From positions 3,002 to 67,001 of the forward strand of contig JBFWZQ010000014.1 in assembly GCA_050185195.1 (NCBI GenBank): a stretch of DNA of 64,000 bases. Direction: 5' to 3'. The translations under genes were made by a program, and so were the position numbers. The notes beneath the pieces are model-generated. The model saw only the letters and a list, made by a program, of their open reading frames with translations. It was not told the DNA's origin and made no database searches. Each line of letters starts with the position of its first letter. Position 1 is the stretch's first letter. Positions 8,115-16,372 of the stretch are shown here, one piece after another. This stretch comes from Steroidobacteraceae bacterium. Its GTDB lineage: Bacteria; Pseudomonadota; Gammaproteobacteria; Steroidobacterales; Steroidobacteraceae.

Positions 8115-9604
8115 GACAGGTCGAGCCAGGTCGTCTTCAGTTCCGTGTACTTGTCAAAGGCGTGCAGCGACTTGTCGCGGCCGATCCCCGACTGCTTGAA
8201 GCCGCCGAAGGGCACCGTGATGTCGTCGGCGTCGTAGCAGTTGACGTAGACCGTGCCGGCGCGCAGCGCGCGCGCCGTGCGGTGCGCGGTGGTCACGTCG
8301 CGCGTCCAGATGGCCGCGGCGAGGCCGTATTCGACGTCGTTCGCGATGTCGATGGCCTCCTCGATGGTGTCGAAGGCGATCGTTGCGAGCACGGGGCCGA
8401 AGATCTCCTCGCGCGCCACGCGCATGCCGCGCGCCACGCCGTCGAATACGGTCGGCTCGACGAAATACCCGCCGCTCGCCTCGCGCACGCGGCGGCCCCC
8501 GAAGGCAAGCTGCGCGCCCTCGCCGCGACCCGTGTCGATGTAGCCGAGCACGCGCTGCATCTGGGTTTCATCCACGATCGCGCCGAGCTTCGTCGCCGGG
8601 TCGAGCGGGTCGCCGGGCGCCATGGTGCGGCCGATCGCGGCGATCTTCTCGAGCACGGCCTCCTTCGCGCTGCGCTGCACGAGCAGGCGCGAACCGGCCG
8701 AGCACATCTCGCCCTGGTTGAAGAAGATCGCGTAGGCCGCCGCGGTGGCCGCGCGCTCGAGGTCCGGGTAATCGGCGAGCACGATGTTGGGCGACTTGCC
8801 GCCGCACTCGAGCGACACGCGCTTCAGGTTCGACTGCGCGGCGTACTGCATGACGAGCTTGCCGGTCGCGGTCGAGCCGGTGAAGGCGATCGCGCCGACA
8901 TCCATCGAAAGCGCGAGCGCCTTGCCGGCGGTGTGGCCATAACCCGGCACCACGTTGAAGACGCCGGGCGGCAGGCCGGCCTCGAGCGCGAGTTGCGCGA
9001 CGCGGATCGCCGTGAGCGGGGACTTCTCCGACGGCTTCAGCACGAGCGAATTGCCCGCGGCGAGCACCGGGCCGATCTTCCAGGCCGCCATCACGAGCGG
9101 GAAATTCCACGGCACGATCGCGCCGACGACGCCGATGGGTTCGCGCGTCACGAGCGCGAGCGCCTCCGGCCCGGTGGGCGCGACCTCGTCGTAGAGCTTG
9201 TCGACGGCTTCCGCGTACCACTGGATCGCACGGGCCGCGGCGGGGATGTCGACCTTCAGGCTGTCGGTGATCGGCTTGCCCATGTCGAGCGTTTCGAGCA
9301 GCGCGAGTTCTTCGCGGTGCGCGAGGATCGATTGCGCGAAGGCGGCGAGCACCTTCTTGCGGTGCGCGGGCTTCGTGCGCGACCAGACCCCCTTGTCGAA
9401 CGCCGCCTTCGCCGCCGCGACCGCGCGCTCGATGTCGGGCGCGTCGCCTGCCGCCACGCGCGCGAAGACCTGGCCGGTGGCCGGATTGACGCTGTCGAAC
9501 TGCGCGCCGGACAGCGCGTCCACGTAATCGCCACCGATGAACGCGCGTGTCTGCGGCGCAAGCTGTGCGGCACGTTCGTGCCAATTCGGGATGTGGGCGG
9601 ACAT
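8111..9604 (-). CDS. NAD(P)-dependent aldehyde dehydrogenase (PuuC/PauC-like gamma-glutamyl-aminobutyraldehyde dehydrogenase)
   Basis: ORF 8111..9658 trimmed to MSAHIPNWHERAAQL. Motifs FTGSTATGK, LECGGKSP (catalytic Glu) and FFNQGEMCSAGSR (catalytic Cys). Confidence 0.85.
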   Translation of the reverse strand: MSAHIPNWHERAAQLAPQTRAFIGGDYVDALSGAQFDSVNPATGQVFARVAAGDAPDIERAVAAAKAAFDKGVWSRTKPAHRKKVLAAFAQSILAHREELALLETLDMGKPITDSLKVDIPAAARAIQWYAEAVDKLYDEVAPTGPEALALVTREPIGVVGAIVPWNFPLVMAAWKIGPVLAAGNSLVLKPSEKSPLTAIRVAQLALEAGLPPGVFNVVPGYGHTAGKALALSMDVGAIAFTGSTATGKLVMQYAAQSNLKRVSLECGGKSPNIVLADYPDLERAATAAAYAIFFNQGEMCSAGSRLLVQRSAKEAVLEKIAAIGRTMAPGDPLDPATKLGAIVDETQMQRVLGYIDTGRGEGAQLAFGGRRVREASGGYFVEPTVFDGVARGMRVAREEIFGPVLATIAFDTIEEAIDIANDVEYGLAAAIWTRDVTTAHRTARALRAGTVYVNCYDADDITVPFGGFKQSGIGRDKSLHAFDKYTELKTTWLDLS

Positions 9605-9620
9605 GGAAGCCTCGTCGGGA

Positions 9621-10169
9621 TCAGAAGGTCGGGGGCGCGCTCGCGCTGATGATCTCACAGGGCTCGCGGCCGACGTTGCGGAAACGATGCGGGATGGTGC
9701 TGGAAAAATAGTAGGCGTCGCCGGGCCCGAGCACGCGGGAGTTGCCGCCGACCGTCAGCTCGATGCGCCCCCGCACCACGACGCCGCCTTCCTCGCCACG
9801 GTGTGACAACGCATCGTCGCCGGTCGCGGCACCGGGCGCGTAGCGTTCGCGCAGGATCGTGAGCTGGCGCGCCGGGCGTTGCGCGGCGACGAGGCGCAAC
9901 GACACTTCGTCCGTGCCGATTTCGACGAGGTCGTCGTCGCCGTAGAAGATCTGCGGCGCCTCGTCGACATTGATCGTGAAGAACTCCGCGAGCGACATCG
10001 GCACGCCGTCGAGCACTTTCTTCAGCGAACCGACCGAGGGGCTCACGCGGTTCTGCTCGATGAGCGAGATGAGCCCGTTCGTGACGCCGGCGCGGCGCGC
10101 CAGCTCGCGCTGCGAAAGGCCGTAGATCAGCCGCACCCTGCGCAGCCGGGCGCCGACGTCGATGCTCAT
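9621..10169 (-). CDS. XRE-family HTH plus C-terminal cupin transcriptional regulator (PuuR/PauR-like)
   Basis: C-terminal 182 codons of ORF 9621..10457. HTH string LSQRELARRAGVTNGLISLIEQNRVSPSV; cupin strings GEEGGVVVRG...GPGDAYYF...PHRFRN. Confidence 0.75.
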   Translation of the reverse strand: MSIDVGARLRRVRLIYGLSQRELARRAGVTNGLISLIEQNRVSPSVGSLKKVLDGVPMSLAEFFTINVDEAPQIFYGDDDLVEIGTDEVSLRLVAAQRPARQLTILRERYAPGAATGDDALSHRGEEGGVVVRGRIELTVGGNSRVLGPGDAYYFSSTIPHRFRNVGREPCEIISASAPPTF

Positions 10170-10257
10170 ATCGGGGGCCTGTTTAGCATCATGGACACAA
10201 GTGGCCAAATCTCGGCCTTTCTCGCCATGTATGTCAACTTTCCTTATCATTCCGACC

Positions 10258-11562
10258 ATGAAGACCGCCCCAAGCCTCGATGCGCTGTGGATGCCGTTCA
10301 CGGCGAACCGCCAGTTCAAGCAGGCGCCCCGTCTCCTCGCCCGGGCGCGCGGCATGGAGTACTTCACGCCCGAGGGGCGTCGTGTGCTCGACGGCGCGGC
10401 CGGCCTCTGGTGCGTGAACGCGGGCCACGGGCGCGATGAGATCACCACGGCCGTCACTCGCCAGCTCGAAACGATGGATTACGCGCCGAACTTCCAGATG
10501 GGGCACGGCCCGGGGTTCGAACTCGCCGCCGCGCTGGCGGCGTTGTGCCCGCCGGAACTGAACCGCGTGTTCTTCACGAACTCCGGCTCGGAAGCAGTCG
10601 ACACGGCGCTCAAGATCGCCCTCGCCTACCACCGCCTCCGGGGCGATGCGGCGCGCACCCGCCTGATCGGGCGCGAGCGGGCCTACCATGGCGTCGGTTT
10701 CGGCGGCATCTCGGTCGGCGGCATCGTCGCCAATCGCAAGACCTGGGCGGCGAGCATGCTGCCCGGCGTCGACCACCTGCGCCACACGCACGACCTCGCG
10801 CGCAACGCCTACTCGCGCGGGCAACCGGAGCACGGCGCGGAACTCGCCGACGACCTCGAGCGCCTGGTCGCGCTGCATGACGCATCGACCATCGCGGCGG
10901 TGATCGTCGAGCCGGTCGCGGGTTCGACCGGCGTGCTGCTGCCGCCGAAGGGCTATCTCGAACGGCTGCGCCGGATCTGCGACACGCACGGCATCCTGCT
11001 GATCTTCGACGAAGTGATCACCGGCTTCGGCCGCACCGGCGCGCCGTTCGCGGCGCAGGAATTCGGCGTGACGCCCGACCTCATCACGATGGCGAAGGGC
11101 CTCACCAATGGCTGCGTGCCGATGGGGGCCGTCGTCGCGAAGCAGTCGATCCACGACGCCTTCATGCAGGGCCCGCCCGGCGCGATCGAGCTGTTCCACG
11201 GCTACACCTATTCGGCGCACCCGCTCGCCTGCGCCGCGGGGCTCGCGACGCTCGACATCTACCGGCGGGAAGGCTTGCTGACGCGCGCGAAGGAGCTTTC
11301 GGGGCTGTGGCAGGACGCCGTGCACTCGCTGCGCGGGCGTCCGAACGTGATCGACACGCGCAACTACGGCCTCATCGCGGGCATCGAGCTCGAGCCGATC
11401 CCCGGCAAGCCGGGCGCGCGGGCCTTCGAGATATTCCTCAAGTGTTTCGAACGCGGCCTGCTGATCCGCACGACCGGCGACATCATCGCCCTCTCGCCGC
11501 CGCTCATCATCGAGCCGGCCCATATCGACGAGATCTTCGGCACGCTCGCGGGCGTGCTCTGA
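10258..11562 (+). CDS. Class III aminotransferase, omega-amino acid:pyruvate / beta-alanine--pyruvate type
   Basis: ORF 10162..11562 trimmed to MKTAPSLDALWMPFTANRQF. Motifs FFTNSGSEAVD, LLIFDEVITGFGRTG and DLITMAKGLTNG (PLP lysine). Confidence 0.85.
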   Translation: MKTAPSLDALWMPFTANRQFKQAPRLLARARGMEYFTPEGRRVLDGAAGLWCVNAGHGRDEITTAVTRQLETMDYAPNFQMGHGPGFELAAALAALCPPELNRVFFTNSGSEAVDTALKIALAYHRLRGDAARTRLIGRERAYHGVGFGGISVGGIVANRKTWAASMLPGVDHLRHTHDLARNAYSRGQPEHGAELADDLERLVALHDASTIAAVIVEPVAGSTGVLLPPKGYLERLRRICDTHGILLIFDEVITGFGRTGAPFAAQEFGVTPDLITMAKGLTNGCVPMGAVVAKQSIHDAFMQGPPGAIELFHGYTYSAHPLACAAGLATLDIYRREGLLTRAKELSGLWQDAVHSLRGRPNVIDTRNYGLIAGIELEPIPGKPGARAFEIFLKCFERGLLIRTTGDIIALSPPLIIEPAHIDEIFGTLAGVL

Positions 11563-11564
11563 AT

Positions 11565-11601
11565 GGTGCCGGGTTTTCGGCGTGACCGAAAACCCGGCAC
11601 C
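11565..11601. repeat. REP-like perfect palindrome (16-bp arms GGTGCCGGGTTTTCGG / CCGAAAACCCGGCACC, 5-nt loop) between convergent genes
   Basis: Read directly: ggtgccgggttttcgg cgtga ccgaaaacccggcacc, starting 3 nt after the aminotransferase stop. The same arms recur at 28160..28230. No flanking T-run on either strand. Confidence 0.85.
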
Positions 11602-11613
11602 AGGCTCAGTTCC

Positions 11614-12333
11614 TCACTCGCCCCACGGCAGCGTGGTGCTCACCGAGAAGATCGCGCGGGCTTCGTTGTTGAACACGTCGTCCCGGACCTTGTCGGCACC
11701 GCTCGCATCCGTGCCGGTCAGCTTCAGCGCGAGGCTGAAGTTGCCCACATCGACACCCACCGTCACGCCGTAGTCGAGGTACTCGATGTCCTCGAAGGCG
11801 TCGCCGTAGCTGTAGCCGGCGTGCAGCGTCAGCGAGAAGTTCTGCGGCAGGCCGAAGGTGTAGTTCGCTTCGGTGTACAGCGCGCCGTCGTTCGATCCGC
11901 CGTAGTCGATCGCGTACCATTGCTTGAAGCCGAAGCCTTTCCAGTCGATACCGACCGACAGCTCCGGGTACGAAGAAATCTTCGACTTCGTCGCCGAGTT
12001 GTCCGAGCCCGGATAGGTGTACCAGACGAGGCCCGCGTTCCACGACAGGTCGTCGTTGATCGACGCCTCGTAGCCGGCGTACAGATCGATCTCGAGCGTG
12101 CCATCGACGTCATCGCCGTAGTCGATGTTGCTGCCCCACGCGCCGACGGAGAAACCCGTCTCGCCGAACGCGTAGTCGAAGCTCGCCTGCAGCGCAGGGT
12201 CCTTGGCGCTCAGCGACACGCCACGAAAATCGTAGTCGCTCACCGCCGTGACGGTCGAGCTGAACTGCGCCTGTGCCGCGCCCGCAACACCGAGCAGTGC
12301 GACCGCGACAGAAATTTTCTTGAGCCGATTCAT
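11614..12333 (-). CDS. TorF-family putative outer-membrane porin (TIGR02001-like)
   Basis: C-terminal 239 codons of ORF 11614..12744. Signal peptide MNRLKKISVAVALLGVAGAAQA followed by FSSTVTAVSDYDFRGVSLS..., as I remember for this family. Beta-strand periodicity throughout. Confidence 0.6.
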   Translation of the reverse strand: MNRLKKISVAVALLGVAGAAQAQFSSTVTAVSDYDFRGVSLSAKDPALQASFDYAFGETGFSVGAWGSNIDYGDDVDGTLEIDLYAGYEASINDDLSWNAGLVWYTYPGSDNSATKSKISSYPELSVGIDWKGFGFKQWYAIDYGGSNDGALYTEANYTFGLPQNFSLTLHAGYSYGDAFEDIEYLDYGVTVGVDVGNFSLALKLTGTDASGADKVRDDVFNNEARAIFSVSTTLPWGE

Positions 12334-12380
12334 GAATACTCCCTTGTAAGCGACACCCGTGCGCGGATTATACGCAGCAC

Positions 12381-12737
12381 TCACGGCTGGGGAATGAAGA
12401 TTGCGTAGATCTTGGTGCAATCCTCGAGAACCGCCCACGTACCGGCAAAACCCGCCGGAACCACGAACGCGTCGCCGGGACCGAAGTTCATGCGCGCGCC
12501 CGCCTCGCTCACGAGCTCGACCCGGCCGGCCGTCAGCACGCATAACTCGCACTCTGTGTAGCGCACGCGCCACAGGCCGCGCGTACTGGACCAGTGGCCG
12601 ACGTGGAACCGTTCGCTGGCATCGGAGAAGGCGTTCCAGGCGTGCTGCACGGGATCGCCATCGATCAGGCGATCGGCCGCCGGGCGGGACGCTTCGCCCG
12701 CCCCCTGTATCGTCACCGGTATGATTTCGGTACCCAT
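12381..12737 (-). CDS. Small single-domain cupin protein (DUF861/cupin_3-like)
   Basis: C-terminal 118 codons of ORF 12381..13667 (MGTEIIPVTIQ...). Strings ECELCVLTAGRVELV...GPGDAFVVPAGFAGTW. The ATG shares 1 nt with the upstream stop (TGATG at 12735-12739). Confidence 0.6.
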   Translation of the reverse strand: MGTEIIPVTIQGAGEASRPAADRLIDGDPVQHAWNAFSDASERFHVGHWSSTRGLWRVRYTECELCVLTAGRVELVSEAGARMNFGPGDAFVVPAGFAGTWAVLEDCTKIYAIFIPQP

Positions 12738-14101
12738 CAGACATTGATACGCCGACCGGCGTCCTCCTGCATCTTCAGCATGAAGGCGCGCACCGCCGGC
12801 AGCGCATCCTCCGCTTTCAGCAAACGCTGCTCGACGAGCACCTGCGCCATGTCGGCGAGCGAGCGGCGGCCATCGACCAGCGACATCATGAAGGCATGGA
12901 TGCGCGTCGCCCGCGCATGCGCCTGCAGGTCGGCGGTGAGCGGCACCGGCCGCTTCGTATCGACGACCCAGTCGGGCGGGCCGCGGGTGGCCGGCGGCGT
13001 GACCGATCCGACCTTGCGTGCCGTCCAGGCCACCGTCGACTCGATGCGCGCATGGCGGCTCGCGGGCGACTGCATGTAAGGCAGCGCCGCCTCGCGCAGC
13101 GCGGGCCGCGAGAACCCCGCGCCCTGCACGATCTCGACGGCTTCCTCGAGGCTGAACTGCTGCACGCGCTGCGTGCTCATGAACGCGAACGCGACGGACC
13201 CGAGGTTGAGCCATCGCCCCCCTTGCGCAATGAGCGGGTTGATCCGCGCGGCCAGGGCCGGGAACGGCTCTTCCACGATGTCGATGAACCAGGGCGTGAC
13301 CACCGCGTCGAACGCGCCCGGCTGGAAAGGCGCACACATCGCATCGGCCGCGACGAGCTGCAGCCGCTCGTCCGCGGCGGCGGGCGCCGCGAGCCGGCGC
13401 AGCACGGCGTGATCCGCCGCGCCGCGCGGCGCGAGCGGGAACTCGTACAACTCGAGCGGGCGCCCGGCATACATCTCCCGGGCGACCGCGAGCAGCAGCG
13501 GGTTCAGGTCCATCGCCACCGTGAGCGCCGGGGCATGGCGGCGATGCAGGTCGTAGGCGAGGCGCCCGGCGCCCGCGCCGAGCACGAGCACCCGCGCCCC
13601 GGCGAGCGATTCCCCGCCGGCGGCATCGAGCAGGTCGAGCGACGCGGCGTTCTCGGCCTCGCCCCACGCCCAGTCCCGGTGGATGTTGGCGTAATAGTTG
13701 GTGAGCCCCTGGGACACCGGCAGGCGGGCGCGCAACGCGCGCAGCGTGTCCCGGTCGGCGGCGCCCAGGTGCACCTGCAGGGGCTCGAGCAGTTGCGTTA
13801 CCCGCAATCCGTGGTCCTCGAGCGCATCGGCAAGCCGCGCCAGCCGTTCACGGGTGGTCGGCAACAGATCGGGTGCAGCCAGGGCCGCACGCACGCCGTC
13901 CGCATCGGCCCGCAATTCCGCCAGCATCAGCGTGAGGCGTGCCCGCCATTCGCCGGCGGCCCCGCGCGGGTCGCGAAACAGCCAGGCCGCCCCGCCGAGG
14001 ACGGGGAAGCCCGCGCTGCATTGGGTGCAGATGTATCCTGCGCGATCGGCCCGCAGGCTGCCGCGCTCGCATCCCGGGCACCTCAGTACATCCACGAGCA
14101 T
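12737..14101 (-). CDS. Trm112-like zinc ribbon + class I SAM-dependent methyltransferase (N2227-like core) + uncharacterised C-terminal region
   Basis: N-terminus LRCPGCERGSL...YICTQCSAGFPVLGGAAWL (CxxC...CxxC ribbon). SAM motif VLVLGAGAGRLAYDL. FDAVVTPWFIDIVE...GGRWLNLGS resembles the FFIDT...GG.WIN.GP pattern of N2227/carnosine N-methyltransferase-type enzymes. The last ~100 aa have no family I recognise. Confidence 0.6.
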   Translation of the reverse strand: MLVDVLRCPGCERGSLRADRAGYICTQCSAGFPVLGGAAWLFRDPRGAAGEWRARLTLMLAELRADADGVRAALAAPDLLPTTRERLARLADALEDHGLRVTQLLEPLQVHLGAADRDTLRALRARLPVSQGLTNYYANIHRDWAWGEAENAASLDLLDAAGGESLAGARVLVLGAGAGRLAYDLHRRHAPALTVAMDLNPLLLAVAREMYAGRPLELYEFPLAPRGAADHAVLRRLAAPAAADERLQLVAADAMCAPFQPGAFDAVVTPWFIDIVEEPFPALAARINPLIAQGGRWLNLGSVAFAFMSTQRVQQFSLEEAVEIVQGAGFSRPALREAALPYMQSPASRHARIESTVAWTARKVGSVTPPATRGPPDWVVDTKRPVPLTADLQAHARATRIHAFMMSLVDGRRSLADMAQVLVEQRLLKAEDALPAVRAFMLKMQEDAGRRINV

Positions 14102-14134
14102 ACAACTTCACTCCACTGCTGTTACTATCTTGCC

Positions 14135-14920
14135 ATGGCTAGAAAAGCACGCCCGAAGGCCAACGGCCTCGCCCTGCACCATCGCCTGTACATGATGCTG
14201 CAGCAACAACTCACCGACGGCACCATCCCCCCTGGTGGCGCGCTGCCGAGCGAGCCCGACCTCGCCCGTGAAACCCGCCTGTCGCGCACGACCGTGCGCC
14301 GCGCGCTCGCCCGGCTCGCCGCCGAAGGCATGATCGAGCGCCGCCACGGCAGCGGCACCTACGCGACCATGCAGGGCACGGCCAAGGCCCGCACCGAGGC
14401 CACCACCGACGCCGGTGCCTTGCTGAGCGACCTGCAGGCGATGTCCCGCACGACCGTCGCCCGGGTATTGCAACACGCCGTCATCGCGACCCCGCCGCGC
14501 ATCCTCGCGGCCTGTCCGGAACTCGGCCCGCGCGTGCTGCTGCTACAGCGCGCCCGCACCCATCGTGGCAAGCCGCTCGCCGTCATCAGCCACTACATTC
14601 CCGAGCGCCACGCGGCGCGCTTTGCCAGGGCGCAGCTGAAGAACCTGCCGACCACCGTGATCTTCGAGAAGGCGCGCCTCGTGCCTTCCGTCGGCAGCCA
14701 ACAGATCACCGCGATCGCGGCCGACCACGTGCTGTCGCGCGAGCTCGGCGTGAACATCGGCGCGCCGGTCCTCTCGATCCGCCGCACCGTGCGCGATGCG
14801 AAGGGCACGCTGCTCGAATACCACGAAGTGTTCTACGACCCCGACTCCATCATCGTGCAGATGGACGTGCAGCGGGACAAGGGCGGCAAGGGCGGCGTGC
14901 GCTGGCGCCCGGTGCGCTGA
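14135..14920 (+). CDS. GntR-family transcriptional regulator (HutC/UTRA subfamily)
   Basis: Last 261 codons of ORF 12896..14920, starting at ATG 14135. wHTH string LPSEPDLARETRLSRTTVRRALARLAAEGMIERRHGSGTYA. Confidence 0.8.
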   Translation: MARKARPKANGLALHHRLYMMLQQQLTDGTIPPGGALPSEPDLARETRLSRTTVRRALARLAAEGMIERRHGSGTYATMQGTAKARTEATTDAGALLSDLQAMSRTTVARVLQHAVIATPPRILAACPELGPRVLLLQRARTHRGKPLAVISHYIPERHAARFARAQLKNLPTTVIFEKARLVPSVGSQQITAIAADHVLSRELGVNIGAPVLSIRRTVRDAKGTLLEYHEVFYDPDSIIVQMDVQRDKGGKGGVRWRPVR

Positions 14921-14953
14921 TTCGTCGGCGTCGCGCCCGGTGACGGTAATCCC

Positions 14954-16354
14954 GTGACACTTGCCGCACGCCCGACCACGCCCACCTCGTGCGCCGACCT
15001 GCTCGCCGACGCCGCAAGCCGGGCAGCGCGCTACCTCGACTCACTCGGCACCCGGCCGGTCGCACCGCCGCCCGCCGCCGTGGCGCGGCTCGATGAGCTC
15101 GACGTCCCGATGCCCGCCGCACCGACCGATGCGGCGAGCGTCCTGGCGCGCCTCGACGACATCGTCGGCCCGGCGACGATGGCGATGGCGGGTCCGCGAT
15201 TCTTTGGCTTCGTGATCGGCAGCGCCTTGCCGGCGACGGTGGCCGCGAACTGGCTGGCGACGGCCTGGGACCAGAACGCGGCCTTGTCGACGGCCACGCC
15301 GGGCGTCTCGCGCCTCGAGGCGGTGGCCCTCGCATGGCTGAACGAACTGCTGGGCCTGCCGGCCTCGGCGCAGGGCGCGTTCGTCACTGGCGCCACGATG
15401 GCGAACTTCACCGCCCTCGCCGCGGCACGCCATCGTGTACTCGAGCAGGCGGGCTGGTCGGTCGAAGCCGACGGCCTGTTCGGCGCACCGCCGATCACGG
15501 TCATCGTGGGCGAAGAGGCCCATCCGACGTTGATCAAGTCGCTCGGCCTCCTGGGCCTCGGCCGCAAGCGCGTCGTGCGGGTGCCCGTCGACAGCCAGGG
15601 TCGCATGCGCCCCGATCGCCTGCCGCGCATCGCGGGGCCCACGATCCTGTGCCTGCAGGCGGGCAACCTGAACACCGGCGCTTTCGACCCAATTGCGGAA
15701 TTGTGTGCCGCCGCCCATGCGTCCGGCGCGTGGTGCCACGTCGATGGCGCGTTCGGCCTCTGGGCACGCGCGTCCGGCCATCTGGCTCCACTCGCGGCGG
15801 GCATCGAGCAGGCAGACTCATGGGCCACCGACGCGCACAAGTGGCTCAATGTCCCGTATGACTGCGGCATCGCCTTCGTGCGCGAGCCGGGCATCCTGCC
15901 GGCGGCAATGGCGGTCTCGGCCGAGTACCTGCCCGCCGGCAGTGGCGCGCGCAATCCCGCGGACTTCACGCCCGAGTTGTCCCGTCGCGCGCGCGGCGTC
16001 GAAGTGTGGGCGGCGCTCGCGGCGCTCGGGCGCAGCGGACTCGCGGAGCTGCTCGAACGGAACTGTCGCAGCGCGCGCCGCTTCGCCGCGGGCCTTGCGG
16101 CGGCAGGCCACGAAATCCTGAACGAAGTCGTGTTGAATCAGGTGCTGGTCTCGTTCGGCGCAGCCGACGTCACCGAACGCGTCGTCGAGGCCGTGCAGGC
16201 CGACGGCACGTGCTGGTGCGGGCGCACCGTCTGGCAGGGCCGAACGGCGCTGCGCATCAGCGTCTGCTCGTGGGCCACCACCGCCGCGGACGTGGAGATG
16301 AGCCTCGCGGCGATCCTGCGTGCCGCGGAGCAGGTCGCGGCGCAAGCGCACTGA
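14954..16354 (+). CDS. PLP-dependent group II decarboxylase family protein (substrate unknown)
   Basis: ORF 14954..16354 (GTG start). Strings GATMANFTALAAAR and SWATDAHKWLNVPYDCG (PLP lysine in D-x-HK). Confidence 0.75.
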   Translation: MTLAARPTTPTSCADLLADAASRAARYLDSLGTRPVAPPPAAVARLDELDVPMPAAPTDAASVLARLDDIVGPATMAMAGPRFFGFVIGSALPATVAANWLATAWDQNAALSTATPGVSRLEAVALAWLNELLGLPASAQGAFVTGATMANFTALAAARHRVLEQAGWSVEADGLFGAPPITVIVGEEAHPTLIKSLGLLGLGRKRVVRVPVDSQGRMRPDRLPRIAGPTILCLQAGNLNTGAFDPIAELCAAAHASGAWCHVDGAFGLWARASGHLAPLAAGIEQADSWATDAHKWLNVPYDCGIAFVREPGILPAAMAVSAEYLPAGSGARNPADFTPELSRRARGVEVWAALAALGRSGLAELLERNCRSARRFAAGLAAAGHEILNEVVLNQVLVSFGAADVTERVVEAVQADGTCWCGRTVWQGRTALRISVCSWATTAADVEMSLAAILRAAEQVAAQAH

Positions 16355-16372
16355 CGACAACCCCCGCCGCCG

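Noticed and set aside
11565-11601. Interpreting the two perfect palindromes (11565-11601 and 28160-28230) as classical Rho-independent terminators.
   Set aside because: Neither stem is followed by a T-run on either strand. The T4/A4 tracts are inside the stems. They may still affect 3' ends, but the sequence supports a REP-like repeat call better than an intrinsic-terminator call.
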